Assembly: GCA_038065715.1 (NCBI GenBank)
Contig: JBBTQL010000006.1
Span: 2,127-66,126 of the forward strand
Length of the DNA: 64,000 nucleotides
DNA from: Patescibacteria group bacterium
GTDB lineage: Bacteria; Patescibacteriota; Minisyncoccia; Minisyncoccales; Staskawiczbacteraceae
Direction of reading: 5' to 3'
In this document: one piece after another, positions 9,207-18,089 of the stretch
Layout of the letters: the number at the start of each line of letters is the position of its first letter
Numbering within the stretch: position 1 is the first letter of the stretch
Notes under the pieces: generated by a model
What the model was told of the DNA's origin: nothing
The model's input: only the letters and a program-made list of their open reading frames with translations
Database searches by the model: none
Made by a program: the position numbers and the translations under genes

Positions 9207-10007
9207 ATGGTTATCAAAAGTATCAGGTGCAAAACCCTGCTAACCAAGAGCAGATTGCCAGAAGTTGATTATTGCATAAACCCCTATATAGGGTGCTTGC
9301 ATGGATGTGTTTATTGCTACGCCAGATTTATGAGGAGATTTGCCAAGCATACCGAAAGGTGGGGAGATTTTTTGGATGTAAAAATCAATGCTCCTGAGGT
9401 TTTGGAGAAGGAGCTATCAAGACATCCTAAAAGAGGAATAGTGTTGCTGGGCAGTGTTACTGATGCTTATCAACCAGTCGAAAGGAAATATAAAATCACT
9501 CGATCTGTCTTACAGGTATTGTTAAAGCATAATTTTCCTGTTTCCATACTAACCAAATCAGATTTGGTGGTTAGGGATATGGATGTGCTAAAACAGTTAA
9601 AGGATTGCGAAGTCGGTTTGACCATCACAACTTTGGATGGAGGGGTCGCGTCCGATTTCGAACCTCGCACTAATAGTCCGCAGGAGAGAATAGACGCCTT
9701 GAAAGCGCTCCATTCGGCAGGAATAAAAACCTATGCATTTATAGGGCCAATCCTGCCAGGCTTTACGAACCTTAAGGCAATTTTTTCTGAATTAAACGGT
9801 AGAGTTGATTTTGTAATGGCCGAAGTCCTGAATACCAGATGTGGTAACCGGGAAGATATTAAAAAAATAATCGGGGAAAAGTATACCGAATTATTGCCTC
9901 TCTATAACGATGGTTTCAGTAAGGAATACTGGGCTCAAATTGAGAGGGAAGCAAAAGCGTTAAGCGCAAAATTTAGCATACCCTTGAAAGGATTTTACTA
10001 TCATTAA
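9207..10007 (+). CDS. Radical SAM protein, SplB/COG1533-like (DNA photolyase-like family)
   Basis: NPYIGCLHGCVYCYARF context typical of that family. Translationally coupled to the upstream radical SAM gene (1-nt gap). Confidence 0.8.
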   Translation: MVIKSIRCKTLLTKSRLPEVDYCINPYIGCLHGCVYCYARFMRRFAKHTERWGDFLDVKINAPEVLEKELSRHPKRGIVLLGSVTDAYQPVERKYKITRSVLQVLLKHNFPVSILTKSDLVVRDMDVLKQLKDCEVGLTITTLDGGVASDFEPRTNSPQERIDALKALHSAGIKTYAFIGPILPGFTNLKAIFSELNGRVDFVMAEVLNTRCGNREDIKKIIGEKYTELLPLYNDGFSKEYWAQIEREAKALSAKFSIPLKGFYYH

Positions 10008-10030
10008 AATCTGAAGTCAAAATTAAGAAT

Positions 10031-10060
10031 AGCCGCTATTTAAAAAGGCGGCTTTTTTTC
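10031..10060 (+). terminator. Intrinsic terminator after the radical SAM pair
   Basis: AGCCGC / GCGGCT stem followed by TTTTTTT. Confidence 0.7.
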
Positions 10061-10126
10061 TCTACATTTTTGTATTACAATAAGAACATATATTTAAAAT
10101 AATAAATCAAAATAAATTTTTACAAT

Positions 10127-10573
10127 ATGGCCCAAGAAAGACACAAAATAGTTCCAGCATCCTATTTGGTTTTAATAAAAGACGGCAAGATTTTTTTGCA
10201 GAGGCGTTTTAACACTGGTTATGAAGACGGAAAGTATAGTATAGTTGCCGGTCACGTTGATAAAGGCGAAACATTTACTCAGTGCATAATTAGAGAGGCA
10301 GAAGAAGAGTCTGGCATAATATTAAAGGATGATGATTTAAAAGTAGCTCATGTAATGTGCAGAAACTCTGGTACAGAGGAAAACAACGAGAGGATAGATG
10401 TATTTTTTGTAGCCGAAGAATGGGATGGTAAAATTGAAAATAAAGAACCGAATAAATGCGACGATTTATCTTGGTTTGATTTAAATAATTTACCGGAAAA
10501 TATTATTCCTTATGTTAAGCAAGTGATTGATTGCATAAAAAATAAGATATTTTACAGCGAATTTGGTTGGTAA
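10127..10573 (+). CDS. NUDIX hydrolase
   Basis: Nudix box GHVDKGETFTQCIIREAEEESGI. Confidence 0.85.
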   Translation: MAQERHKIVPASYLVLIKDGKIFLQRRFNTGYEDGKYSIVAGHVDKGETFTQCIIREAEEESGIILKDDDLKVAHVMCRNSGTEENNERIDVFFVAEEWDGKIENKEPNKCDDLSWFDLNNLPENIIPYVKQVIDCIKNKIFYSEFGW

Positions 10574-10591
10574 AATTTAAATACGTAATTT

Positions 10592-11428
10592 ATGAAAAAG
10601 AAATCTCTTATAATTTATATTCCTGTAATACACAAAGGATATTTTGATTTTTTAAATAATATAAAAGAAAAAATTTTTTCTGTTTATATTATTGATGAAA
10701 AATTATTAGAAAACATTTCTGAATTTAAGCCAGATATTGCGGCAATGAGCGCAGTGGTGGTTAAAGATTTGTTGGGTAAAATGGGATTTACAAATGTTTC
10801 TATTTTATCTGAAGAAAATATTAAAGAATTAAAAGATAAAGAAGTTATTTTAGCGCAAGATGAAGTTTCCCGTAATTTAGTTGATAAATATTTGAACAAA
10901 GAAAAAGTAGAGTGGCAAACAGTTTTTTTAAGATGGGATAAATCTAAAGTTTTAGCTAAACCTAATCTTGACGATATTCCTATTTCTAAAAACGAGTTTG
11001 ATATTAGAATGATGAAAGAGGCATCCGGAGAATCTGTAAAAAGTGGAGATTGGTGGCGACAAATTGGCGCTGTACTGGTAAAAAACAAAGAAATTATATT
11101 AAAAGCATATAACAAAAACTTGCCCTCTGACCACACGCCATATCAGGTTGGGGAAGTAAGAGATTTGTTTAATCCAGGAGAAAATCAAGAGTTTGCGAAT
11201 ACTATTCACGCTGAACAAAATATTATTGCACAGGCAGGAAAAAATGGAATTTCTGCTATGGGTTCCTCTATGTATGTTACAACTTTTCCTTGCCCTGTGT
11301 GCGCAAAGCTTATTGCTTGTTCTGGCATAGAAAATCTTTATTTTGGCGAGGGCGGTTCAAACTTTGACGCCAAAAAAGTTTTAGAATCCGCAGGTGTAAA
11401 AATAATTTATGTTCCAACAATTAAATAA
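10592..11428 (+). CDS. dCMP deaminase (ComEB-type) with an uncharacterised N-terminal domain of about 130 aa
   Basis: HAEQNII ... PCPVCAKLI zinc-binding deaminase motifs in the C-terminal half. Confidence 0.85.
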   Translation: MKKKSLIIYIPVIHKGYFDFLNNIKEKIFSVYIIDEKLLENISEFKPDIAAMSAVVVKDLLGKMGFTNVSILSEENIKELKDKEVILAQDEVSRNLVDKYLNKEKVEWQTVFLRWDKSKVLAKPNLDDIPISKNEFDIRMMKEASGESVKSGDWWRQIGAVLVKNKEIILKAYNKNLPSDHTPYQVGEVRDLFNPGENQEFANTIHAEQNIIAQAGKNGISAMGSSMYVTTFPCPVCAKLIACSGIENLYFGEGGSNFDAKKVLESAGVKIIYVPTIK

Positions 11429-11439
11429 TAAAAAATAAT

Positions 11440-12261
11440 ATGCAACAATATTTGGATTTGCTAAAATATCTTTTAGAAAACGGAGAGCAAAAAGGCGACC
11501 CGCAGGGAGTGGGTAATATTGCTGTTTTGGGCTATCAAATGCGCTTTAGAATAGATGACGGTTTCCCCTTGCTTACTACAAAAAAAATGCCCTTAAAATC
11601 TGTTATTTATGAATTATTATGGTTTTTAAGAGGTGATACTAATGTTAAATATTTGAATGACCATGGAGTGACGATTTGGGACGAATGGGCCACGCCAGAA
11701 GCAACTGCCCGCTACAATTTGCCAGCTGGCGAGTTGGGGCCAATTTATGGAGAAAAATGGCGACGCTGGAAAAAAAGAGATGGGGGGACAATTGACCAAA
11801 TTGCAAATGTTATCGAGGAAATAAAAACAAATCCAAACTCAAGAAGATTAATTGTAACTTCTTGGGACCCTGAAGACGTTGACAAGGTTTTTGTTGCGCC
11901 TTGCCACTGTTTTTTTAAATTTTTTGTTTCTCAAGGAAAATTATCTTTGCATCTTTTTCAGAGAAGTTGCGATGTTTTTTTGGGAGTGCCTTTTAATATT
12001 GCTTCTTATTCTTTGTTGCTTATGATGATGGCTCAGGCAACAGGGTTGAGGGCTCACGAGTTTGTTCACACTCTGTCTGACGCTCATATATATTTAAACC
12101 ATATTGATCAGGTAAAACTTCAATTAACAAGAGAGCCAAAACCCTTGCCTAAAATGACTATAAACCCTGAAATAAAAAAAATAGACGAATTTAAGTTCGA
12201 AGATTTTAAACTCGAGGGTTATGATTTTCATCCGGCAATTAAGGGCGATATTGCCATTTAA
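11440..12261 (+). CDS. thyA: Thymidylate synthase (ThyA type)
   Basis: [42 protein letters not shown]. The Asn in PFNIAS indicates dUMP specificity. Confidence 0.95.
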   Translation: MQQYLDLLKYLLENGEQKGDPQGVGNIAVLGYQMRFRIDDGFPLLTTKKMPLKSVIYELLWFLRGDTNVKYLNDHGVTIWDEWATPEATARYNLPAGELGPIYGEKWRRWKKRDGGTIDQIANVIEEIKTNPNSRRLIVTSWDPEDVDKVFVAPCHCFFKFFVSQGKLSLHLFQRSCDVFLGVPFNIASYSLLLMMMAQATGLRAHEFVHTLSDAHIYLNHIDQVKLQLTREPKPLPKMTINPEIKKIDEFKFEDFKLEGYDFHPAIKGDIAI

Positions 12262-12701
12262 CCAATTGGAAAGTTAACCGTTTTTGCGCGTTTTGTTTTT
12301 TTATCTATTTTTGGAGAAATTATATGAAAATGCAAATGGCTTACAGAGGCGCCAGTATAATCTGTGTTTCCAAATCTCATTGCTACGCCCCCGCCTTTTA
12401 TTTTCCATTTTTTAATTACCCAGTTTGTTAAATAGGCAATTGACTCAAAATCTTTTTTTGTAAGCTCTGAAAAATTTTCTTTATGTTCATCTCCCAAAAT
12501 TATCAGATGATTTTCTGTGTTTTTGTATGGCCAACTATTGTTGCTTAAAAACCACTTGCCGTTTTTTTTATATATTGGCTTTTTATGGTACTTAAAATTT
12601 TCTTTGCAAAATGGGCATTTGCCAGTTGACTCTATCTCTTTGATAATATTTTTGTATTCGCCTTTTCTGGCGTTTTTTATGTTAACAAATTTTTTTGTCA
12701 T
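12258..12701 (-). CDS. HIT family nucleotide hydrolase/transferase
   Basis: Histidine triad HLHFHII. N-terminal CPFC motif. Confidence 0.75.
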   Translation of the reverse strand: MTKKFVNIKNARKGEYKNIIKEIESTGKCPFCKENFKYHKKPIYKKNGKWFLSNNSWPYKNTENHLIILGDEHKENFSELTKKDFESIAYLTNWVIKKWKIKGGGVAMRFGNTDYTGASVSHLHFHIISPKIDKKTKRAKTVNFPIG

Positions 12702-13243
12702 ACTATCTTTTTTCCATTGCCAAGATAATCTAAAACTGCTTCAACGTGTTTTTTCATTGTTTTTTCAATAATATTTGAAGTAGATGTGTTTTCAGCTTGG
12801 CGGGGTAAAACTAAAACATCTTCTGAATGCGATTTAATGGCTTGAATCTGTTCTTCAGAATAGCTGTCTTTTGTTGCTACAAAAAGGTCAGGAGTTATTG
12901 TTTCTATCAATTTATATTGCCATTTGCCCTTGTCATCAATATCATCGATTAAAGTGATATAATCAACGCAGTCCTGATATTTTAACATTTCCATTCTTTC
13001 TTCTTGCGGTATAATAGGCCTTAATTCATTCTTATAAAGTTTAATACCTCTGTCTGAGTCTACCCCAACAACTAAAACATCGCCTTGCTCCTTTGCTTTT
13101 ATTAAATATCTTAGGTGACCAATATGAAGCATATCCCATGACCCAACTGTGCACACAATCCTGTGTCCTAAGGTTCTGTGGGCATCAATTATTTTTTTTA
13201 ATTCAGCATAGTCAGAAATAATAGATTTTTTTTGATTTTTCAT
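12698..13243 (-). CDS. Cytidylyltransferase-like nucleotidyltransferase (TagD/RfaE domain II-like)
   Basis: GSWDMLHIGHLRYL (HxGH motif). Overlaps the start of the downstream HIT gene by 4 nt. Confidence 0.75.
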   Translation of the reverse strand: MKNQKKSIISDYAELKKIIDAHRTLGHRIVCTVGSWDMLHIGHLRYLIKAKEQGDVLVVGVDSDRGIKLYKNELRPIIPQEERMEMLKYQDCVDYITLIDDIDDKGKWQYKLIETITPDLFVATKDSYSEEQIQAIKSHSEDVLVLPRQAENTSTSNIIEKTMKKHVEAVLDYLGNGKKIV

Positions 13244-13348
13244 AAATAGTTTTGTATTTTCAGTTATTTTAGCAAATCGAACATAGAGATGTCAATGTTG
13301 ATTTACTTGGCGTTTATGATAATATATATCAAAACAAGATAAAAATTT

Positions 13349-13966
13349 ATGGATAAAAATGATGAGCAAATTTTAGTGGTAAAATCAGGCATAATTTTTG
13401 AGAAAGGTGTTTGGCAGGGGTTAAAAACTGATAATTTGGATTATTATATTGATTTGATAAAAAATAACTGTGAATTTAAAAGAAGGGGCGATGCTGAAGA
13501 AGACGATTCTTTTCAGCAGATAATTCCATATATTGTTTTTAACTTTAAGGAACAATATTTTATTTATAAATATTTGCCTGAGGCCGGAGAAAAAAGGTTA
13601 GTTGATACTTATCAACTTGGAGTTGGCGGCCACATAAATCCGATTGATGAAAAAAATGGCAATACTTTGGAAGCTGGAATGATGCGGGAGTGGAATGAAG
13701 AGGTAGATTTTAAGGGAAACATTTTAGAAAAAAAATTAGTTGGATTATTAAATGACGATTCAAGGCCAGTTGAAAGGGTGCATTTGGGATTAGTTTATAA
13801 TTTTGTAGGAGATAGCCCTGAAATTTCTATAAAAGAAACAGATAAAATGGAAGGCAAATTGGTTGATTTAAAAGACATCGGAAAATATATTGAAGGCAAC
13901 AAAGGAATTTGGGTTCAACTGGTTTATAGGGATTATTTATCAAAACCGCAAAATGATAAAAAATAA
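13349..13966 (+). CDS. Hypothetical protein with a degenerate Nudix-like box
   Basis: GGHINPID...EAGMMREWNEEVDF. Confidence 0.5.
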   Translation: MDKNDEQILVVKSGIIFEKGVWQGLKTDNLDYYIDLIKNNCEFKRRGDAEEDDSFQQIIPYIVFNFKEQYFIYKYLPEAGEKRLVDTYQLGVGGHINPIDEKNGNTLEAGMMREWNEEVDFKGNILEKKLVGLLNDDSRPVERVHLGLVYNFVGDSPEISIKETDKMEGKLVDLKDIGKYIEGNKGIWVQLVYRDYLSKPQNDKK

Positions 13967-14564
13967 TTATCCGGGCAAATTTATTGTTGTTGAGGGGCTT
14001 GATGGCTCTGGAAAATCGGCTCAAGTTGATTTAGTTATTGATTATTTAAAACAACAGGGCAGAGAAGTTGTTGTTACAAAAGAACCAACTGTTGAATCTG
14101 AAGCTGGAAAAAAAATAAAGCAAGCGCTCAGAAATGAAATAACCGTTGAGCCTTTAGAACTACAAAAATTATATGTGCAGGATAGGCGCGAGCATTTAGA
14201 AAACAAAGTAATTCCCGCGCTGAAAGAAGGAAAATTCGTAGTTTCAAGCAGGTATGCTTTTTCAACATTTGCATATGGACATTCTGACGGATTAGACGTT
14301 GATCTGTTAGTAGAATTGAACGAGGAGTTTATATTGCCGGACTTAACAATTATTATTGATGTTCCGCCTGAGTCCTGCATAGAAAGAATAGAAGGCAGGG
14401 GGGAGCCAAAAGAATTATTTGAAAAAAAAGAAAAATTAACAAAAGTAAATGAGATTTATAAAAAAATTCCTGAAATATTTGAAAACGTTATTATGATAAA
14501 TGGAGAGAGGCCAATATCTGAAGTTTTTATCGACATTAAAAAAACAATAGAAAAAGTTTTATGA
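13953..14564 (+). CDS. tmk: Thymidylate kinase
   Basis: P-loop VVEGLDGSGKS. The internal ATG at 13953 is preferred over 13890. Confidence 0.9.
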   Translation: MIKNNYPGKFIVVEGLDGSGKSAQVDLVIDYLKQQGREVVVTKEPTVESEAGKKIKQALRNEITVEPLELQKLYVQDRREHLENKVIPALKEGKFVVSSRYAFSTFAYGHSDGLDVDLLVELNEEFILPDLTIIIDVPPESCIERIEGRGEPKELFEKKEKLTKVNEIYKKIPEIFENVIMINGERPISEVFIDIKKTIEKVL

Positions 14565-15046
14565 TTTCAATGATTGCCGCAGTGGCTGAAAACAAAGTAA
14601 TAGGGAATAAAAATGCTTTGCCATGGCATTTGCCGGCCGATTTTAAATATTTTAAAGAAACTACGCTGGGCAAAACAATTGTAATGGGTTTGAATACTTT
14701 TAAATCAATCGGAGAAAAACCTTTACCCGAAAGGAAAAATGTAGTTTTAAATAATGACCCGAATTATATAGCTCCTGAAGGATGTTTTTTAGCAAAATCA
14801 ATTGAAGAAGTTTTAGAAATGGCAAAAAGCGAAGAAGTAATGGTTTGCGGGGGAGCGTCGGTTTACAAGCAATTTTTACCTTACGCAGACAGATTATATT
14901 TAACTTTTATACATCAAAATTTTGAAGGCGATACATATTTTCCAGAAATAAATACGGTAGAATGGAAGGAAATTAGAAGGGAAGACCATAAAGCCGACGA
15001 AAAAAATTCATTTGATTATTCATTTGTAGTATTAGAGAAAAAGTAA
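14561..15046 (+). CDS. folA: Dihydrofolate reductase
   Basis: ISMIAAVAENKVIGNKNALPWHLPADFKYFKETT. Confidence 0.9.
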   Translation: MISMIAAVAENKVIGNKNALPWHLPADFKYFKETTLGKTIVMGLNTFKSIGEKPLPERKNVVLNNDPNYIAPEGCFLAKSIEEVLEMAKSEEVMVCGGASVYKQFLPYADRLYLTFIHQNFEGDTYFPEINTVEWKEIRREDHKADEKNSFDYSFVVLEKK

Positions 15047-15050
15047 ATTT

Positions 15051-16565
15051 ATGGCATACAAACCAACAATTGGATTAGAAATACACGCAGAACTAAAAAC
15101 ACAGAGTAAAATGTTTTGCGGCTGTAAAAACGATCCAGATGAAAAACGGCCAAATTTTAATATTTGCCCGGTCTGCACAGCTCAGCCGGGATCTCTGCCT
15201 GTTGCAAACGAAGAAGCAATAAAAAAAGTTATAAAAACTGGGCTTGCTTTAAATTGCGAAATTGCAGAAAATTCAAAATTTGACAGAAAAAACTATTTTT
15301 ATCCAGATTTGCCAAAAGGTTATCAAATTTCACAATATGATCAGCCACTGTGTACTGGCGGATTTTTGGAAATAGAAGGTAATCCTTCGGCAGGCTCAGG
15401 ACGTAGAAAAATAAGAATTACAAGAATACATTTAGAAGAAGATACAGGAAGCTTGATGCATCCGGACGGCACGGATTACTCCCTGGTTAATTTAAACAGG
15501 GCAGGGGTGCCTTTAATGGAGCTGGTTACAGAGCCAGATATTATTTCAGGAAAACAGGCCAGAGAATTTGCAGAAGAACTTCAATTAATTTTAAAATATT
15601 TAGGTGTTTCCGATGCTGATATGGAAAAAGGGTTAATGAGAGTCGAGGTTAATATAAGCGTCAGTGATAATCATAAACTGGGAACTAAAGTTGAAATTAA
15701 AAACTTGAACTCATTTAAAGTTGTTGAAAAAGCCGTTGATTTTGAAATTAAAAGGCAGACAGAGTTATTAGAGGCAGGAGAAAAAATTGTGCAGGAAACA
15801 AGGGGCTGGCACGACAAAAAAGAAATTACTTTTTTACAAAGAGAAAAAGAAGAAGCGCATGATTATAGATATTTTCCTGAACCTGATTTGCCTTCACTGC
15901 ATTTTGATAAAAAATTTATTAATGGAATAAAAGCAACAATACCTGAATTGCCAGAGCAAAAAAGAGAGAGGTTTAAAAAAGAATACGGCTTAAATGAGCC
16001 TTTGATTGAAATTTTTGTTTCCAATAAAGACCTTAGCGAATATTACGAAAAAGTTGTTTCTGAATTTGAGCAGTGGCTTAAAGATGAAGCCGCCTCCGCC
16101 TTCGGTACGCCAAAGGCGACAGAAGCTACGGCGAGTCAAGGAAAAAAAATATTTAAGATGATTGCCAATTATTTAATTTCAGATGTTCAAGGTTTGCTTT
16201 TAGGAAAACAGTTTATTGAAACTGACTTCAGAATTACACCAGAAAATTTTGCAGAATTTATTAAAATGATTTATAAAAACGAAATTTCAAGCAAGGTGGC
16301 AAAAATGGTTTTAGCAGATATGTTTAATACGGGCTCTGACCCTTCAACCATTGTAGATGAAAATAATTTAAGGCAGATGTCAGACAATTCTGAACTTGAG
16401 AAAATTATAGAAGAAGTCATTTCAAAAAATTCAAAAGCTGTTGAAGATTATAAAAAAGGAAAACAAAATGCTCTGCAATTTTTAGCAGGGCATGTGATGG
16501 CTGAAACAAGAGGAACAGCAAATCCAGAAAAAGTTAGGGAACTATTGAACAAGCTACTGAATTAA
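15051..16565 (+). CDS. gatB: Asp/Glu-tRNA(Asn/Gln) amidotransferase subunit B
   Basis: PTIGLEIHAEL, CPVCTAQPGSLP, RIHLEEDTG. C-terminal YqeY-like tail. Confidence 0.95.
   Translation: MAYKPTIGLEIHAELKTQSKMFCGCKNDPDEKRPNFNICPVCTAQPGSLPVANEEAIKKVIKTGLALNCEIAENSKFDRKNYFYPDLPKGYQISQYDQPLCTGGFLEIEGNPSAGSGRRKIRITRIHLEEDTGSLMHPDGTDYSLVNLNRAGVPLMELVTEPDIISGKQAREFAEELQLILKYLGVSDADMEKGLMRVEVNISVSDNHKLGTKVEIKNLNSFKVVEKAVDFEIKRQTELLEAGEKIVQETRGWHDKKEITFLQREKEEAHDYRYFPEPDLPSLHFDKKFINGIKATIPELPEQKRERFKKEYGLNEPLIEIFVSNKDLSEYYEKVVSEFEQWLKDEAASAFGTPKATEATASQGKKIFKMIANYLISDVQGLLLGKQFIETDFRITPENFAEFIKMIYKNEISSKVAKMVLADMFNTGSDPSTIVDENNLRQMSDNSELEKIIEEVISKNSKAVEDYKKGKQNALQFLAGHVMAETRGTANPEKVRELLNKLLN
16086..16140 (+). 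repeat. GC-rich element family 2 (GAAGCCGCCTCCGCC...GGCGAG.CAAG), in frame in gatB
   Basis: gaagccgcctccgccttcgg...ggcgagtcaag, encoding EAASAFGTPKATEATASQG. Confidence 0.75.
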
Positions 16566-16580
16566 TTCAGTAGCAGCGTA

Positions 16581-16625
16581 AAAAAAACAGCCCCGACTCG
16601 CATAAAGCAAGCTGGGGCTTTTTGA
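16581..16625. terminator. Bidirectional intrinsic terminator
   Basis: An A-run, then the AGCCCC ... GGGGCT stem, then a T-run. Lies between convergent gatB and the 129-aa ORF. Confidence 0.65.
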
Positions 16626-16638
16626 TTTGTTTGGAGGC

Positions 16639-17028
16639 CTAGTAGTGAGGCCTTGGCGTTGGATCGGCAATGCCGCAGAAGTTGTCAAAAGGGTTGGTAT
16701 GCCGCCCCAACAAATAGAATGCGCAAGGAAGGATCATTGGTGGAGTTGCTTTGTTTCCGTGCGGGCAAGTCCTGTGGAGGATTATCAGCGTTTCTCTGTC
16801 TGGGCCGCCTGCGCGAATCCAAACTTCTCCGTTTTCAAGGACTGCTACCGTATGGCCTTCGTTGTAGCCCCAGCTGCCAAGCTGATAATGCAAAGCCTGT
16901 ATAGGCTCCTCTTCGTCCATGCCTGCTGTGTGGTCGCACACTGGCAAGCCAGTCACGTGGATGAACTTTTTTCTTATCAGTTCATTCCTTTGGTCTTTAA
17001 TCGGCATTGTTGCGGCTGTTGCGTTCAT
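16639..17028 (-). CDS. Hypothetical protein (GC-rich ORFan cassette)
   Basis: GGGAGG Shine-Dalgarno just before the ATG at 17028. The most protein-like of three overlapping ORFs. Markedly GC-richer than its neighbours. Confidence 0.55.
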   Translation of the reverse strand: MNATAATMPIKDQRNELIRKKFIHVTGLPVCDHTAGMDEEEPIQALHYQLGSWGYNEGHTVAVLENGEVWIRAGGPDRETLIILHRTCPHGNKATPPMILPCAFYLLGRHTNPFDNFCGIADPTPRPHY

Positions 17029-17081
17029 GGGTAGCCTCCCTTATCTCAAAAGAACAAATATTGGTTAAAACCCAATAATTA

Positions 17082-17110
17082 AGTATATCATTTTAAAATG
17101 AAGTTGTCAA
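17082..17110 (-). promoter_or_regulatory. Sigma70-type promoter TTGACA-N17-TATACT for the 129-aa ORFan
   Basis: Minus strand reads ttgaca acttcattttaaaatga tatact. The -35 box lies inside the last codons of miaA. Confidence 0.5.
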
Positions 17111-18089
17111 TAGTCTGCGTAATTTTTTTATAATTATTTAGCCAATTTATTTTTTTGCTTCCCCCGCATCTAACTTGTTCTGGCGCGGGGTGTCTTCTAA
17201 ACCAAGTCATCTGGTGCTTTGCAAAATGCTCTGATTCTATTTGAATTTTATCTATCATTTGTTGATATGTAATTTTATTTTGTCCCGATTTTGTCGAGGA
17301 TCCTCGATTGTTTTGCAATCGGGATAAATATTGCGCGACGAAACGATATTCTAAACCAAATTCTTCAAGGCGTTTCCATGACAAGCCAGCTATATGAAGT
17401 TTTTTAACCTCATTTATCATTGCCTGATTACGTAATCGATTAAGCAATCTTTTACGTATTAATTTTTTTAATTCAATAGGAGATTTTGCAATTCCTATTT
17501 GCAACACAGAAAATTGCGACGTCTGCCGTTGCAATTCTGGCACTGGCTTTTTTGTAGTTAAAACAATTTCTAATGCCCTTATCAATCTGCGGGGGTTTTG
17601 CCTGTCAATTAATTCAGCCCGTTTTGGGTCTAATTTTTTTAATTTTTCAAAAAGTTCTTCGTTGCTCAATTTTTCCAATTTTTTTCGTAATTTCCAGTCG
17701 GGTTTTACTTCAGGGATAATAATTCCATCAACAACAGATTGTATATAAAAACCGGTTCCGCCAACTAAAATAGGCAGTTTGTTTCTTTTTTGAATATCTT
17801 TAATTACTTTCAGCGCTAATTTTTGATATTGAGCCACAGTAAATTTTCTTTTTGGATTTGCCACATTTAAAAGATGATGGGGGATTCCTCGCATTTCTTT
17901 TTTAGTTATCTTTCCAGAGCCGATATCCATTCCTTTATAAATTTGCCTTGAATCAGCCGAAATAATTTCTACGCCCTTAATGCCAAGTTTTTTAAATCGT
18001 TGCCCTTCGGCTATGCTCAGGGCCAATTTGATGGACAAATTGGTCTTTCCAGAAGCGGTGGGCCCCAAAATTACAATAAGTTTATTCAT
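17088..18089 (-). CDS. miaA: tRNA dimethylallyltransferase
   Basis: P-loop GPTASGKT. VGGTGFY. Confidence 0.9.
   Translation of the reverse strand: MNKLIVILGPTASGKTNLSIKLALSIAEGQRFKKLGIKGVEIISADSRQIYKGMDIGSGKITKKEMRGIPHHLLNVANPKRKFTVAQYQKLALKVIKDIQKRNKLPILVGGTGFYIQSVVDGIIIPEVKPDWKLRKKLEKLSNEELFEKLKKLDPKRAELIDRQNPRRLIRALEIVLTTKKPVPELQRQTSQFSVLQIGIAKSPIELKKLIRKRLLNRLRNQAMINEVKKLHIAGLSWKRLEEFGLEYRFVAQYLSRLQNNRGSSTKSGQNKITYQQMIDKIQIESEHFAKHQMTWFRRHPAPEQVRCGGSKKINWLNNYKKITQTIDNFILK
18001..18025. repeat. GC-rich hairpin, in frame in miaA
   Basis: tgcccttcggctatgctcagggcca, encoding part of LALSIAEGQRF. Confidence 0.5.

Noticed and set aside
15381-15412. GC-richer stretch in gatB (EGNPSAGSGRRK) as another inserted hairpin
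   Set aside because: The length of this region matches what I recall for GatB orthologues and the palindromic character is weak.
16627-17034. Plus-strand ORFs (135 aa and 83 aa) overlapping the 129-aa minus-strand ORF
   Set aside because: Only the minus-strand frame has a GGGAGG ribosome-binding site, a consensus promoter and a globular-looking sequence. The plus-strand frames are Cys/Arg/Trp-rich, as expected from GC-rich antisense sequence.
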